From an uncultured Bdellovibrionales bacterium (GTDB taxonomy: Bacteria > Patescibacteriota > Minisyncoccia > Moranbacterales > UBA1568): DNA of 64,000 nt. The position numbers were made by a program, and so were the translations under genes. Location of the stretch: positions 163,529 through 227,528 of the forward strand of contig CAZTBI010000002.1 of the NCBI GenBank assembly GCA_964612055.1, read 5' to 3'. This document shows positions 8,740 to 18,677 of the stretch, piece after piece. The notes below the pieces were generated by a model, which made no database searches, had not been told where the DNA came from, and worked only from the letters and a program-made list of their open reading frames with translations. Positions within the stretch are counted from its first letter, which is position 1. Every line of letters starts with the position of its first letter.

Positions 8740-10125
8740 ATGAGGAAACACACACTCTACAAAAAAGATGACTTTAAGTTGAAGCATCGAGCGGTCATTC
8801 ATTTCATTGTCGCTGCCATTTTCCTTATATTTATAGGAAAATCTTTTTTTGTTGAGTCTGATTACTTCTTACTTTATATTTACGGCGTATTAGTTACGCT
8901 TGTGCTCGGTATCAACTTTTACGTTGCTATTTTTCGATATGAAGACCCTGCAGTCTTGGCTGGGAAAATAGAGCAGAAGAAACGTGACAGGGGAGCGAAG
9001 ATTGAAGAACCATTCGTAAGTTTCATGGTTGCTGTGTATAACGAAGAAGTTGTTATAGAACAATGCATACTTTCTCTACTTGATCAGACGTATCAAAACA
9101 GAGAAATTATATTTGTGAATGATGGCAGTACCGATGGAACAGCCAAGATTCTGGATGACTATGCTCGCTTAGGAAAAATCAAGGTCATTCACCAGAAAAA
9201 TTCTGGAAAGAAGAGAGCATTAGGGAGGGCTATGAGAGAAGCAAAAGGAAATATATTTGCTTTTTCAGATAGCGACTCTGTCTGGGCAATTGATGCTATT
9301 GAAAGAATAGTCCCTATTTTTAATGTCTTTCCAGATGTGGGGGGGGTAAGCGGTCATTTCCGACTTAAGAATTCTTTGGTCAATATACTTACTAAGGCTC
9401 AAGACTCTTGGGCTGAAGGACAGTTCGCTATTCGTAAAGCCTTCGAGAGTTATTATGGATCTGTTTCTTGTATTTCTGGCCCACTAGCTGTTTTTCGAAA
9501 AGAAGCCATCTACAACTTTATTCCAGCATGGGAGCAAGATAGGTTTCTTGGACAAGAATTTAAATTTGCAACCGACCGCACCCTAACGGGATTCTTGTTA
9601 GGAAACAAGTATATTAGTAAAGATCTAAAAACAAAATATGCAGATGATGATTGCGTGAAGCAGGTTGATTATCCAGAATGTGATTGGCAGGTAGTATACG
9701 CAAAGTCTGCTAAATCCTGGACTATTCTTCCTGAAACCTTTAAGGGAATAGTTAAGCAACAAGTTCGATGGAAGAAGAGCTTTATTAGGAATACTTTCTT
9801 TACAGGTTCTTTCTACTGGCGGAAACCATTTCCTGCTGCTCTTGTGTACTATCTTCATGTACTGTTTGTTCTTTTCGGTCCAATCGTTGCTTTTCGTCAT
9901 CTTGTTTATCTTCCGCTGCACGGTGACCCATGGTCTATCGTTTTGTATCTAGGAGGAATTATATTTGTGGGGTTTATGTTTGGTTTTGCATATAAATTAG
10001 AAAACAGAGATTCGCATCTATGGATATACCGACCTATAATGAGTCTTCTTTCAACCGTTGTTTTATCTGGGCTTATCTATTATTCAGCTCTAACGATTAG
10101 AAAAATGGTATGGCATCGAGGATAA
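8740..10125 (+). CDS. Processive family-2 glycosyltransferase (NodC / hyaluronan / chitin-synthase-like)
   Basis: TM helices at both ends; VYNEE...DQTY; DGSTDGT; DSD; QQVRWKKS (QxxRW). The gene is strongly AT-rich. Confidence 0.8.
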   Translation: MRKHTLYKKDDFKLKHRAVIHFIVAAIFLIFIGKSFFVESDYFLLYIYGVLVTLVLGINFYVAIFRYEDPAVLAGKIEQKKRDRGAKIEEPFVSFMVAVYNEEVVIEQCILSLLDQTYQNREIIFVNDGSTDGTAKILDDYARLGKIKVIHQKNSGKKRALGRAMREAKGNIFAFSDSDSVWAIDAIERIVPIFNVFPDVGGVSGHFRLKNSLVNILTKAQDSWAEGQFAIRKAFESYYGSVSCISGPLAVFRKEAIYNFIPAWEQDRFLGQEFKFATDRTLTGFLLGNKYISKDLKTKYADDDCVKQVDYPECDWQVVYAKSAKSWTILPETFKGIVKQQVRWKKSFIRNTFFTGSFYWRKPFPAALVYYLHVLFVLFGPIVAFRHLVYLPLHGDPWSIVLYLGGIIFVGFMFGFAYKLENRDSHLWIYRPIMSLLSTVVLSGLIYYSALTIRKMVWHRG

Positions 10126-11615
10126 CCCTAGGAAGAATATGGCTTTTTGTTCTTCCAATAAGCATATTCTTTGGAACATTTTTTACGCTGTTTAGCCTAG
10201 AACGTTCACAGCCATTTGTTTATGATGAAGCGGTCTATTTGACGAAGGCGCGAGCATGGCAGATAAATTCGCCTGCAGATGAATTTAGAATCTACAGGCC
10301 GGTTGGTATGCCTGTAATAGGAAGGGCATTATTAGAGTTTGGTAATTCTGAAGCTCATCTTCGATTTTTCGGTGTGTTTTTTGGAGCGAGTACCATACTG
10401 CTTCTCTATTTGATTTTTACAAGAATATTTGGCTGGTTAGTGGGGGTATCTGTATCATTAGTGACGACTTCATCATCATTGTTCTTGTATAATGCACCTC
10501 AATTTTTGAATGATGTTCCGTCGTCCGGTCTCCTGTTCGGATCTCTGATTGCAGTTTGGATATGGCATGAGTCGAAAGGGAATAGTAATTGGATCTATTT
10601 ATTTGGGCCATTTTCGGCAGCAGCATTTTATTTACGATACGGAGCTTCGAGTACTCTAGTGTTGATAGCGATAGTCTCCGTTTTTGTGTTCTGGAATAGC
10701 ATAAGGACGGGGGTTAAAGATTTTGAGAAAACTATTCTTTCCGGTATCTTCTCGATTTTTCTGTTTGCCCCACATTTCATACAGTCAGTTGTTGTTACGC
10801 ACGATGTGTTAGGGATATTGAAGCGAAGTGGTGGGGCAGCGGGAAGAGAATATCTAGGGGAGGGTCTTTTAAGATATATTCAATGGCTCCCTCACGATCT
10901 GGGGGGTTGGTTATTTGGTACGCTAGCTATTTTCGGAATTCTTACCACATTCTATTTACTTCTCAGAAAAAATTGGACAGAACAACATAGAGGGTTAGCG
11001 TGGATTGGATTAATTGGCGTTTCGAATCTTATTTTAACAGGAGTCTTGGTTCATGCGGAACCAAGATACGTATTTTTTTCAGTGACTCTTCTTTGTGGCG
11101 TAGGTACTGCTAGTATTTTTTTGATACTCTCGAAATTTCAAACATCGAAGTTTTTTGTTGCAACATTTTTCTTTGTGGCTTCAGTGATTTCTGGTTACTT
11201 TAATTATTACGATGTTAATGCGGCTTTAGGCGATAAGGCAAATGGCGTAAGAGAATTTTATGTTGACGCTGCATCAGCAATACGTAACGATATTTCTTCT
11301 GGAAAAGACTGCGCGATATGGTCTGCATCATCTCGTCCTGAGTTGTCATGGTATGCTGGCTGCCATACGATTTCGATTGATACAAAAGAGGCTTTTGTTA
11401 AGGACTTTCTTACTAATTTTAGAAGACCATGCTACAGTGTTGTTTTTTCAAAGTTAGGAGAAAAGCAACTTGATGAGAACGTCGCTAAAGAGTTTGGCAT
11501 TGAATTATCAGAGATATTTCGCGCAAAGACATCGCAATCATTGGGGGATATTGTTGTGTATAGACTAACAGATCAAGGAAAGATCAGGCTTCAGGCCGTA
11601 ACCGAAAAAGAATGA
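10110..11615 (+). CDS. GT-C fold membrane glycosyltransferase (PMT_2/ArnT-like), about 12 TM
   Basis: Polytopic; early loop motif VYDEAVYLTKARAW resembles the DE motif of PMT/ArnT enzymes; AT-rich. Confidence 0.45.
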   Translation: MASRITLGRIWLFVLPISIFFGTFFTLFSLERSQPFVYDEAVYLTKARAWQINSPADEFRIYRPVGMPVIGRALLEFGNSEAHLRFFGVFFGASTILLLYLIFTRIFGWLVGVSVSLVTTSSSLFLYNAPQFLNDVPSSGLLFGSLIAVWIWHESKGNSNWIYLFGPFSAAAFYLRYGASSTLVLIAIVSVFVFWNSIRTGVKDFEKTILSGIFSIFLFAPHFIQSVVVTHDVLGILKRSGGAAGREYLGEGLLRYIQWLPHDLGGWLFGTLAIFGILTTFYLLLRKNWTEQHRGLAWIGLIGVSNLILTGVLVHAEPRYVFFSVTLLCGVGTASIFLILSKFQTSKFFVATFFFVASVISGYFNYYDVNAALGDKANGVREFYVDAASAIRNDISSGKDCAIWSASSRPELSWYAGCHTISIDTKEAFVKDFLTNFRRPCYSVVFSKLGEKQLDENVAKEFGIELSEIFRAKTSQSLGDIVVYRLTDQGKIRLQAVTEKE

Positions 11616-11632
11616 ATTTATAAGCTATTCTT

Positions 11633-13249
11633 ATGCAACATGAATATGGCCCTAAAAGTTATAGGAGGATAGAGATGGTCTTCTTTGTTCTGGCTGTTTT
11701 TGTTTTTATTATCATTTCAGCGAAGTATTTCTCTTCCCCGTCTGGCGGTAGCATTTTGACACATACAAAGGATGCTATTTTGAAAAAGATGAATGCGTAT
11801 TATCTTGAAAAATCATCTAATGATATTGTGTCGCAACAATCTCTAATACTCAAAATTAGTGATGATGGCCGGTGGAGGATCTTTAATGTTGATGGAAGCG
11901 AATCAGATCTATATTCTGTAGAGAATCTTGATGGAAAAATTTTGATTTATGGATTAAAAAAAGGAGTTGCTCAAGATTTATATGTTGACGGGGTGCGAAG
12001 CTACTTCACTAGATCTGAAATGGTCAGTACGGACATACCTCACGATGTTATAAATGGTGACACTTTTCTTGTTCCAGAGCAGGAAGATCTTTTCCCTATT
12101 TTTGGATACCACAATATCTTTGATAGAGAGGAGGATATCAGAGATCCGTATCTGGATATCAGGAAGAGCGATTTTGAGAGGCAGGTACAGGTGTACAATC
12201 ATGAAATTAATTGCCGATGGGCGACTCTTCGTGAGGTTGTTGAAAATTTTATTCTAGTAAATAAGAAATTACCTAGGAATGTATGTGTAATGACTTTTGA
12301 TGATGGAAGGAAGAATAATTATGAAATAGCATTTCCAATTCTTAAGGAAAATGGTATTCGCGCTACATTTTATATTATTTTTGGCCGACTAGGGAGCGGT
12401 ATATACATGACTAAGAATGAGGTAGCTGAATTGTTTCGTGCTGGAAATGAAATGGGTTCGCATACTATGACAGGCGGAAGCCTGGTTGATACAAGCTGGT
12501 TTACTGGTGAATTTACTGATAACGAGCTTAAGAATCAACTCCAAGACTCTAAGGAGATTTCTGAGGTATACTCTTATAACTCTAGAACTTTTGCCTATCC
12601 ACTTGGAGATTGGAATGATAAAGTTGTTACTGCTATCAAAGATGCTGGATATATTGCTGCTCGTGATACTGAGAAGGATGAACAATGGAGAGATCACCGC
12701 GCATTAGCAATAAGTGCAACAGAGGATTTTATATGGCATTTGAATTATTATAAGCCGGAGCTTCGTTTTGATGATGAGATATATCAAAATATGCGCTATA
12801 GCGGTTGGTGGCAGTTCGAAGAAGGCAACCTTGTTTCCGGAGATGAAAATGGAAATGTTTTAATTAAACATGACGTTGATATTCCTAATCAGGGCTACGG
12901 GGTTGTTGTACTCGTAGATCCGAATGATTCAAATAGGAATGTGTTTCTTTTAGAACAAGATGGCCAGTACGTTATAGATATGTTACTTGCAAAAGATCAA
13001 TCGAAAAATATCGATCCATCAGTTTTTATTGATGGTATTAATCTGCCGATTCAGAAGGATGATTCACAAACTTGCACTACACAGGGCAAGGGCGTCTATT
13101 GCCATTATACGATTGAAGCTAGTCTTTCACAGGGCAGGCACACTTTGGATATTATTAATAATAGTGGAATAATGAAACTAGATCGTTTCCGCATTTATAG
13201 ACGCGCTTTAGTGGAGCAAGAATACAAGTTAACAATAACGAAGGATTAA
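11633..13249 (+). CDS. Polysaccharide deacetylase (CE4/NodB homology domain) with N-terminal TM and extra C-terminal domain
   Basis: VCVMTFDDGRKNNYEIAFPILKENGIRATFYI (TFDDG motif); HTMTGGS; AT-rich. Confidence 0.75.
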   Translation: MQHEYGPKSYRRIEMVFFVLAVFVFIIISAKYFSSPSGGSILTHTKDAILKKMNAYYLEKSSNDIVSQQSLILKISDDGRWRIFNVDGSESDLYSVENLDGKILIYGLKKGVAQDLYVDGVRSYFTRSEMVSTDIPHDVINGDTFLVPEQEDLFPIFGYHNIFDREEDIRDPYLDIRKSDFERQVQVYNHEINCRWATLREVVENFILVNKKLPRNVCVMTFDDGRKNNYEIAFPILKENGIRATFYIIFGRLGSGIYMTKNEVAELFRAGNEMGSHTMTGGSLVDTSWFTGEFTDNELKNQLQDSKEISEVYSYNSRTFAYPLGDWNDKVVTAIKDAGYIAARDTEKDEQWRDHRALAISATEDFIWHLNYYKPELRFDDEIYQNMRYSGWWQFEEGNLVSGDENGNVLIKHDVDIPNQGYGVVVLVDPNDSNRNVFLLEQDGQYVIDMLLAKDQSKNIDPSVFIDGINLPIQKDDSQTCTTQGKGVYCHYTIEASLSQGRHTLDIINNSGIMKLDRFRIYRRALVEQEYKLTITKD

Positions 13250-13258
13250 TTTTTTCTA

Positions 13259-14224
13259 ATGAAAAAAAACGCAAAGATTTTTTTAGGAACGGTAATTTTA
13301 ATAGTTGTTGTTTTTTTGTATCAAAAATTCAATTCTCAAGAAGAAGCTAGCCAGACTCAAGGTATGAATGTTTCAGTTTCAGCTAACAACGCAATAGTTC
13401 TTAATCAGGATACCTCAATTAATAGTCAGATAGATGGGGATGGGTTAACAGGATTAAGTATTCTTGACCAAGAATCCAGTAAGACTGAATTCAGCGAGGA
13501 TTTCTCTAGGGATGCTCTTCTTGTAGAAACCGGCTCAATGAATGAGAGTGTTTCTGCGAATTGGTGGCTCAATTCTGGAGCATACCTCTCTATTAGTAAG
13601 GGTCTTGGCGAAACTGTTCAAGGAGAGCTTTCTAAACAGGATGAATGGAGGATAAAATATAAAGATTACAATTCTAGCGAAACCGATGACGGGTATCATC
13701 CACAAAACATCTTCAGGCTTGTAACAAGATATCAGTGGAAGAATTTTCTTCAGGAAAGTTATTTTAAAATTAATCGCTATATTCTTAGCCAAGACAAGGC
13801 TCGGAGTGAGTCAAATGGCCTGCTTCTTTTTAACCGATACCAAGATGGTGACAACCTCTATTATACGGGGCTCAGGGTTGATGGTACTGTTGTTATAAAA
13901 AAGAAAGTTAAGGGAATATACTACACGATGGCTCAGGAGCCTCTCTATCCGGGGAAGTATGATAGAAAGAGTAAGCCGAATCTTCTACCCATTGAAGCCT
14001 GGATAGGATTACAGAGTGAGGTACGAGATAATCCCAACGGAACTGTCTCTATAAAAGTGTACCGAGATAAAGATCGCTCTGGAGACTGGCAGCTTATTTT
14101 GACTGCGATAGACGATGGAAAAAAATACGGGGGAGCGGCTATAAAAAATGAAGGATACGCTGGTATCCGAACGGACTTCATGGATGTCGAGTTTGATGAC
14201 TACAAAATTGAGGAGTTGAAGTAG
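13259..14224 (+). CDS. Secreted/anchored protein, unknown function; possibly a beta-sandwich carbohydrate-binding protein
   Basis: N-terminal TM; no catalytic motif recognised; last gene of the AT-rich block. Confidence 0.5.
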   Translation: MKKNAKIFLGTVILIVVVFLYQKFNSQEEASQTQGMNVSVSANNAIVLNQDTSINSQIDGDGLTGLSILDQESSKTEFSEDFSRDALLVETGSMNESVSANWWLNSGAYLSISKGLGETVQGELSKQDEWRIKYKDYNSSETDDGYHPQNIFRLVTRYQWKNFLQESYFKINRYILSQDKARSESNGLLLFNRYQDGDNLYYTGLRVDGTVVIKKKVKGIYYTMAQEPLYPGKYDRKSKPNLLPIEAWIGLQSEVRDNPNGTVSIKVYRDKDRSGDWQLILTAIDDGKKYGGAAIKNEGYAGIRTDFMDVEFDDYKIEELK

Positions 14225-14312
14225 GTCAATCTCCCGATTGACAGAACTAGCATTTCCTTGTACAATACACTATCATTCTTTTACGGTAACCCATTCTTGA
14301 GAATGGGGTTTT

Positions 14313-16640
14313 ATGAGTTCTGGGGAGTGCAATACAGTAGGAACATCTATGAACAACAAGGTTTACAAAAAAAAGAAGGCTTCCAATAGTTCTCGCAGGA
14401 GACAGTGGGGGACTGAGCGTGAGAGAGCGCCGCTTTCGAGTATTCACGATCAACCTTCGGGTTATTCTATTGTCTTTAGTCGGGTGGCTATTGTCCTGAC
14501 GGTGGTTTTTTGGGCGATGTACGTGACGTCAGTGGTTATTCGTCAGCTGATTGATGGTCCAAAAAGCTACCAGTTTACTATGGAAGTGCTCGGTTATCTG
14601 ACCGTCACGACCTTTCTGACCTTTTCAGCCCTTGTCTACCTGATTGCCAGGCAAGGGGCACTGCAGCGTTTCAGTAAACACGTGCGTGTCCCTCGGGCGG
14701 TCATCGACAGACATTTCTCTTCTCAGCAGTCATCTATTACGATGCTCATCCCTTCCTATAGTGAAGAGACCGAGGTAGTGCGCAAGACGGTACTTTCCGC
14801 GGCACTGCAGGAATATCCTGATATGCGTGTCGTTCTCTTGCTCGATGACGAGCCTTTCAAGGTGCGTCCTGAGAATAGGAAGCGACTGGAAGCGACGCGT
14901 GCTATCGGAGAGGAAATCGAAATGCTTCTCTCCAAGCCCTCTGAGCGTTTTCGTGAGGCTTTGGAAGAGTTCGAGGCTACCAGCCTGAAAACTGGCACCG
15001 TGACTTTAAATACGGTACCGAAAATAGCGGATCATTATCTGTGGGCAGCCGCTTGGCTCAATCGGTTAGCAGAGAAAGAGGTGATCGAGGACCATGTCGA
15101 TACCTTTTTCGCTGATCAGGTACTGCGTGAACTGGCCAAGGATCTTTCCTTGGTCGGGGAGGCGCTTTTGGTGTCACACAAAGAGGGGGTGCGTTTTTCA
15201 TTGGAGCGTCTCCTTCAGCTCTACCACAGACTGGTCTGGATCTTTGGTGTTCGGGTAGAAGTCTTCGAAAGAAAGAGGTACATCTCTTTGTCGCATGAGC
15301 CGAATAAGGCGATGAACCTCAATTCGTATATCGGACTGATGGGTGGTATGTATCGGCAAGAGCAGACACCGGATGGAATTGTCTTGGTGCCAACCAAGAG
15401 TCAGCGCAGCGCTGACATGATTATCCCTGATAGCGAATTTGTCCTGACGCTCGATGCGGACTCTATTTTGCTCCGCGAGTACTGTCTCCGCTTGGTCTAT
15501 TTCTTGGAGCAACCTGACAATGCTGATGTGGCGGTAGCGCAAACCCCATACTCTTCATTTCGTGGTGCGCCAACTCGTATCGAACGGCTCTCTGGAGCAA
15601 CGACCGATATCCAACACATTATTCACCAGGGGATGAGTCACTACGGTGCTACCTTTTGGGTTGGGGCGAACGCCGTGATCCGCAAGCGTGCCCTGGAAGA
15701 TATCGTAGAAAAAGAATGGGTGGGAGGATTTGAGATAAAGCGTTACGTACAGGACCGTACTGTTATCGAAGATACCGAATCAAGTATCGATTTGGCACTC
15801 CGTGGTTGGAGACTGGTCAACTATCCGGAACGTTTGAGCTATAGTGCGACGCCACCAGACTTTGGCTCCCTCGTCATTCAGCGTCGCCGTTGGGCCAATG
15901 GCGGACTTTTGATACTCCCGAAACTGTGGTCGCTCATGCGAGAACGCAAACATGCGGGTAAGCCCATATCGAAAGTGACCTTCATGATCCGCTTGAACTA
16001 TATGGCGTCCATTGCCTGGTCAAACTTTGGCTTACTCTTTCTCTTGGCCTATCCCTATGACGGACGTCTGCTTAGTCCACTGGTGCTTCTCGCAGCGATG
16101 CCGTATTTCGTCGCTATGGCGATCGATCTCAAGTACTGCCGATATAACTACAGTGACATCATTCGTATTTACGGTTTCAATTTGATTCTCCTGCCGGTGA
16201 ACATTGCTGGAACGCTCAAGTCATTGGAGCAGGCTCTCACCACAAAAAAGACACCTTTTGCCAGAACGCCAAAAGTAAAGGATCGAACATCCGTGGCTTT
16301 GCCGTATGTCCTCTCGCCAGTGCTCATTGTCGGTTTTTCACTCTTTACCCTCTGGCGCAATATTCAGGGCGAAAACTGGGGGAACGCAGCGGCTGCTGGT
16401 TTCAATGCTTTTGCAGCTACCTGGGCTATCTTTTCGTATATCGGACTGAAGAATATGTTTGTTGATATCTGGCTCGGACTGACAGATATGCTCTACGTCG
16501 ATGTTCCTGCCCAAAAGTCTTCCCAAAAACCAGTTGATGATGAGGCTGAATTTAATTGGAAAGGCGTACTGTACCATGGGGAAGTCAACGCGACCGTACC
16601 ACATGAATCGGTCACTGAGATGATACTCAATAAAAAGTAG
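14313..16640 (+). CDS. Cellulose-synthase-like processive GT2 (BcsA/CesA family); no PilZ domain evident
   Basis: ITMLIPSYSEE; DADS; TEDTESSIDLALRGW; QRRRWANGGL; TM helices on both sides of the catalytic domain. Confidence 0.8.
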   Translation: MSSGECNTVGTSMNNKVYKKKKASNSSRRRQWGTERERAPLSSIHDQPSGYSIVFSRVAIVLTVVFWAMYVTSVVIRQLIDGPKSYQFTMEVLGYLTVTTFLTFSALVYLIARQGALQRFSKHVRVPRAVIDRHFSSQQSSITMLIPSYSEETEVVRKTVLSAALQEYPDMRVVLLLDDEPFKVRPENRKRLEATRAIGEEIEMLLSKPSERFREALEEFEATSLKTGTVTLNTVPKIADHYLWAAAWLNRLAEKEVIEDHVDTFFADQVLRELAKDLSLVGEALLVSHKEGVRFSLERLLQLYHRLVWIFGVRVEVFERKRYISLSHEPNKAMNLNSYIGLMGGMYRQEQTPDGIVLVPTKSQRSADMIIPDSEFVLTLDADSILLREYCLRLVYFLEQPDNADVAVAQTPYSSFRGAPTRIERLSGATTDIQHIIHQGMSHYGATFWVGANAVIRKRALEDIVEKEWVGGFEIKRYVQDRTVIEDTESSIDLALRGWRLVNYPERLSYSATPPDFGSLVIQRRRWANGGLLILPKLWSLMRERKHAGKPISKVTFMIRLNYMASIAWSNFGLLFLLAYPYDGRLLSPLVLLAAMPYFVAMAIDLKYCRYNYSDIIRIYGFNLILLPVNIAGTLKSLEQALTTKKTPFARTPKVKDRTSVALPYVLSPVLIVGFSLFTLWRNIQGENWGNAAAAGFNAFAATWAIFSYIGLKNMFVDIWLGLTDMLYVDVPAQKSSQKPVDDEAEFNWKGVLYHGEVNATVPHESVTEMILNKK

Positions 16641-16648
16641 CACCACTT

Positions 16649-18238
16649 ATGAAAGAGTCACGAACCGAAAAAAATATCGTTCATACTGAGTCAAGGAGAC
16701 GGCTTTCCCCTTGGCGAGTTTTACTCGCTTTTTTGGTACTCGGTGGAGTGGCCTACGGTACCACGCTTGGTGTGGATCGGTGGCGAGAAACCGAATCGAC
16801 CACTGTCTACGAACCCTGGTTTGCGGCCTATGTCGATGTGACCTCGACTCCGGAGTATCCTTTTGAACAATTAGGATCAACGGCAACGCCAGATGCGATA
16901 CTTTCTTTCATTGTTTCTTCGAAGACTGAAGCTTGTACGCCAACTTGGGGAACGCACTACACGATGGATAAAGCAGGGATCGCCCTTGATCTCGATCGGC
17001 GCATTGCCAGGCTGGAACAGCAAGGAGGGAGAGTCGCCATATCTTTCGGTGGAGCGATCAACTCGGAGCTTGCCATTTTGTGCCAAGATCATGATGCGCT
17101 GCTTAGTGCTTACGATTCTGTCTTACAACGGTACAACGTCGATACTATAGATCTGGATATTGAAGGTGAAAGTCTGAAAGATACTGAAGCATCAAAACGT
17201 CGTGCTGATGTCATAGCCAAACTCCAGAAACAGTATCGAGAGAGTGGGAAAAATCTGGCCGTGTGGTTGACGCTGCCGGTCGCTCCAAGTGGTCTCGCTC
17301 CAGAAGGGGCGAATGCGGTAGCGCAAATGCTCTCAAGTGGCGTCGACTTAGCCGGAGTGAATGTGATGACTATGGACTATGGTGCTAGTCGAGGAGAGGG
17401 GCAGGGGATGCTCGATGCTTCGACGAGTGCTTTGATTGAGACGCACCGTCAATTAGGAGTTCTCTACAAGCAAGCCGGTATCAGTCTCAATAGTAATTCG
17501 TTGTGGCGAAAAATTGGAGCCACGCCCATGATTGGTCAAAATGATGTGGTGGATGAGGTATTTACTCTGGACGATGCCAAAGGATTCAATGTTTTTTCTT
17601 TGAATCAGGGTGTGGGTCGTATGTCGATGTGGTCAGCCAATCGCGATACTCCCTGTGGAGAAAACTATGTCGATGTGAAAGTGGTTTCTGATTCTTGCAG
17701 TGGTGTGAAGTCAGCGAAGTTTAGTTTTTCTCAGGCGTTGGGAAGTGACTTCAATGGTGATCTGACCCAGAGTGCTTATATTTCAACCACAGAAGATCCT
17801 GAAAGCAACGTCACTATTATCGATAACCCAGAGACGAGCCCGTACCAAATCTGGCAAGAAGTAGGTGCTTATCCAAAAGGCGTGAAGGTGGTATGGCACG
17901 GCAATGTCTATGAAGCAAAGTGGTGGACGAAAAATGACTTGCCTGACAATCCAGTGCTTCAATCATTTGAGACGCCGTGGCAGTTAGTCGGACCAGTGTT
18001 GGTAGATGAGAAGCCTATTGAGCAACCAAAGTTGCCAGCAGGTACTTACAAGCAGTGGTCTGGAGAAACGGTCTATCAAGGTGGTGATCGAGTTCTCTTT
18101 GAAGGTGTGCCTTTTCAGGCTAAGTGGTGGAATCAGGGTGATAGTCCAGCTGCTTCAGCTGCCAACTCAGACGCCTCGCCGTGGATTGCTCTGACGCAGG
18201 CGCAGATTGTCGATATCCTCGAAGAGTTGAAGAAGTAA
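16649..18238 (+). CDS. GH18 chitinase-like hydrolase with two C-terminal CBM5/12 carbohydrate-binding modules, membrane-anchored
   Basis: DTIDLDIEGE = DxxDxDxE catalytic motif; two WW-type modules (VVWHGNVYEAKWWTKND; YQGGDRVLFEGVPFQAKWWNQGDSP). Confidence 0.75.
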   Translation: MKESRTEKNIVHTESRRRLSPWRVLLAFLVLGGVAYGTTLGVDRWRETESTTVYEPWFAAYVDVTSTPEYPFEQLGSTATPDAILSFIVSSKTEACTPTWGTHYTMDKAGIALDLDRRIARLEQQGGRVAISFGGAINSELAILCQDHDALLSAYDSVLQRYNVDTIDLDIEGESLKDTEASKRRADVIAKLQKQYRESGKNLAVWLTLPVAPSGLAPEGANAVAQMLSSGVDLAGVNVMTMDYGASRGEGQGMLDASTSALIETHRQLGVLYKQAGISLNSNSLWRKIGATPMIGQNDVVDEVFTLDDAKGFNVFSLNQGVGRMSMWSANRDTPCGENYVDVKVVSDSCSGVKSAKFSFSQALGSDFNGDLTQSAYISTTEDPESNVTIIDNPETSPYQIWQEVGAYPKGVKVVWHGNVYEAKWWTKNDLPDNPVLQSFETPWQLVGPVLVDEKPIEQPKLPAGTYKQWSGETVYQGGDRVLFEGVPFQAKWWNQGDSPAASAANSDASPWIALTQAQIVDILEELKK

Positions 18239-18260
18239 AAAATTTTTGAACAAAAAGAAA

Positions 18261-18290
18261 GCCGAGCTTTTGGACAGCTCGGCTTTATTG
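18261..18290. terminator. Bidirectional intrinsic terminator (gccgagc-N9-gctcggc, A-run upstream and T-run downstream)
   Basis: Perfect 7-bp stem; serves the chitinase gene on + and the small ORF on -. Confidence 0.55.
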
Positions 18291-18307
18291 TGGACGGCGG
18301 GTTCTTT

Positions 18308-18376
18308 TTACAAGAGACCGACTTGTCCGAAGAAGGTGAGGGTAATCACCGGCAGGAGGGCGAGGAGGAACGCCAT
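18308..18376 (-). CDS. Candidate 22-aa hydrophobic peptide MAFLLALLPVITLTFFGQVGLL
   Basis: GAGGAAG Shine-Dalgarno 5 nt upstream of the ATG; ORF ends at the bidirectional terminator; absent from the ORF track (too short). Confidence 0.3.
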   Translation of the reverse strand: MAFLLALLPVITLTFFGQVGLL

Positions 18377-18677
18377 TGAAACTTCCTCATTCTTTTTCGC
18401 CTCTACTGCTACGTGCTCACAAGTTGTACAGCTTGTCTGTTGAGACTCCAGGGTCTCCATAGTTACATCTGACATACGTTTGTATGTTATTTGTTTTTAC
18501 CTGCCCTCCGCAGGTTTTGTTAAAGAGGGGGTTGAGAAAGAAAAAACGGGCTGTAGACGTGGACGTCCTCACCCGTTTTTCACTTCTCAACATATCTATT
18601 ATAGCGCATAAAAAGAGAAAAGTCAAGGGCTTCTCGCGTGGTACAATAAAGATACCAATTTCTTCTTTCTTTTTTCT

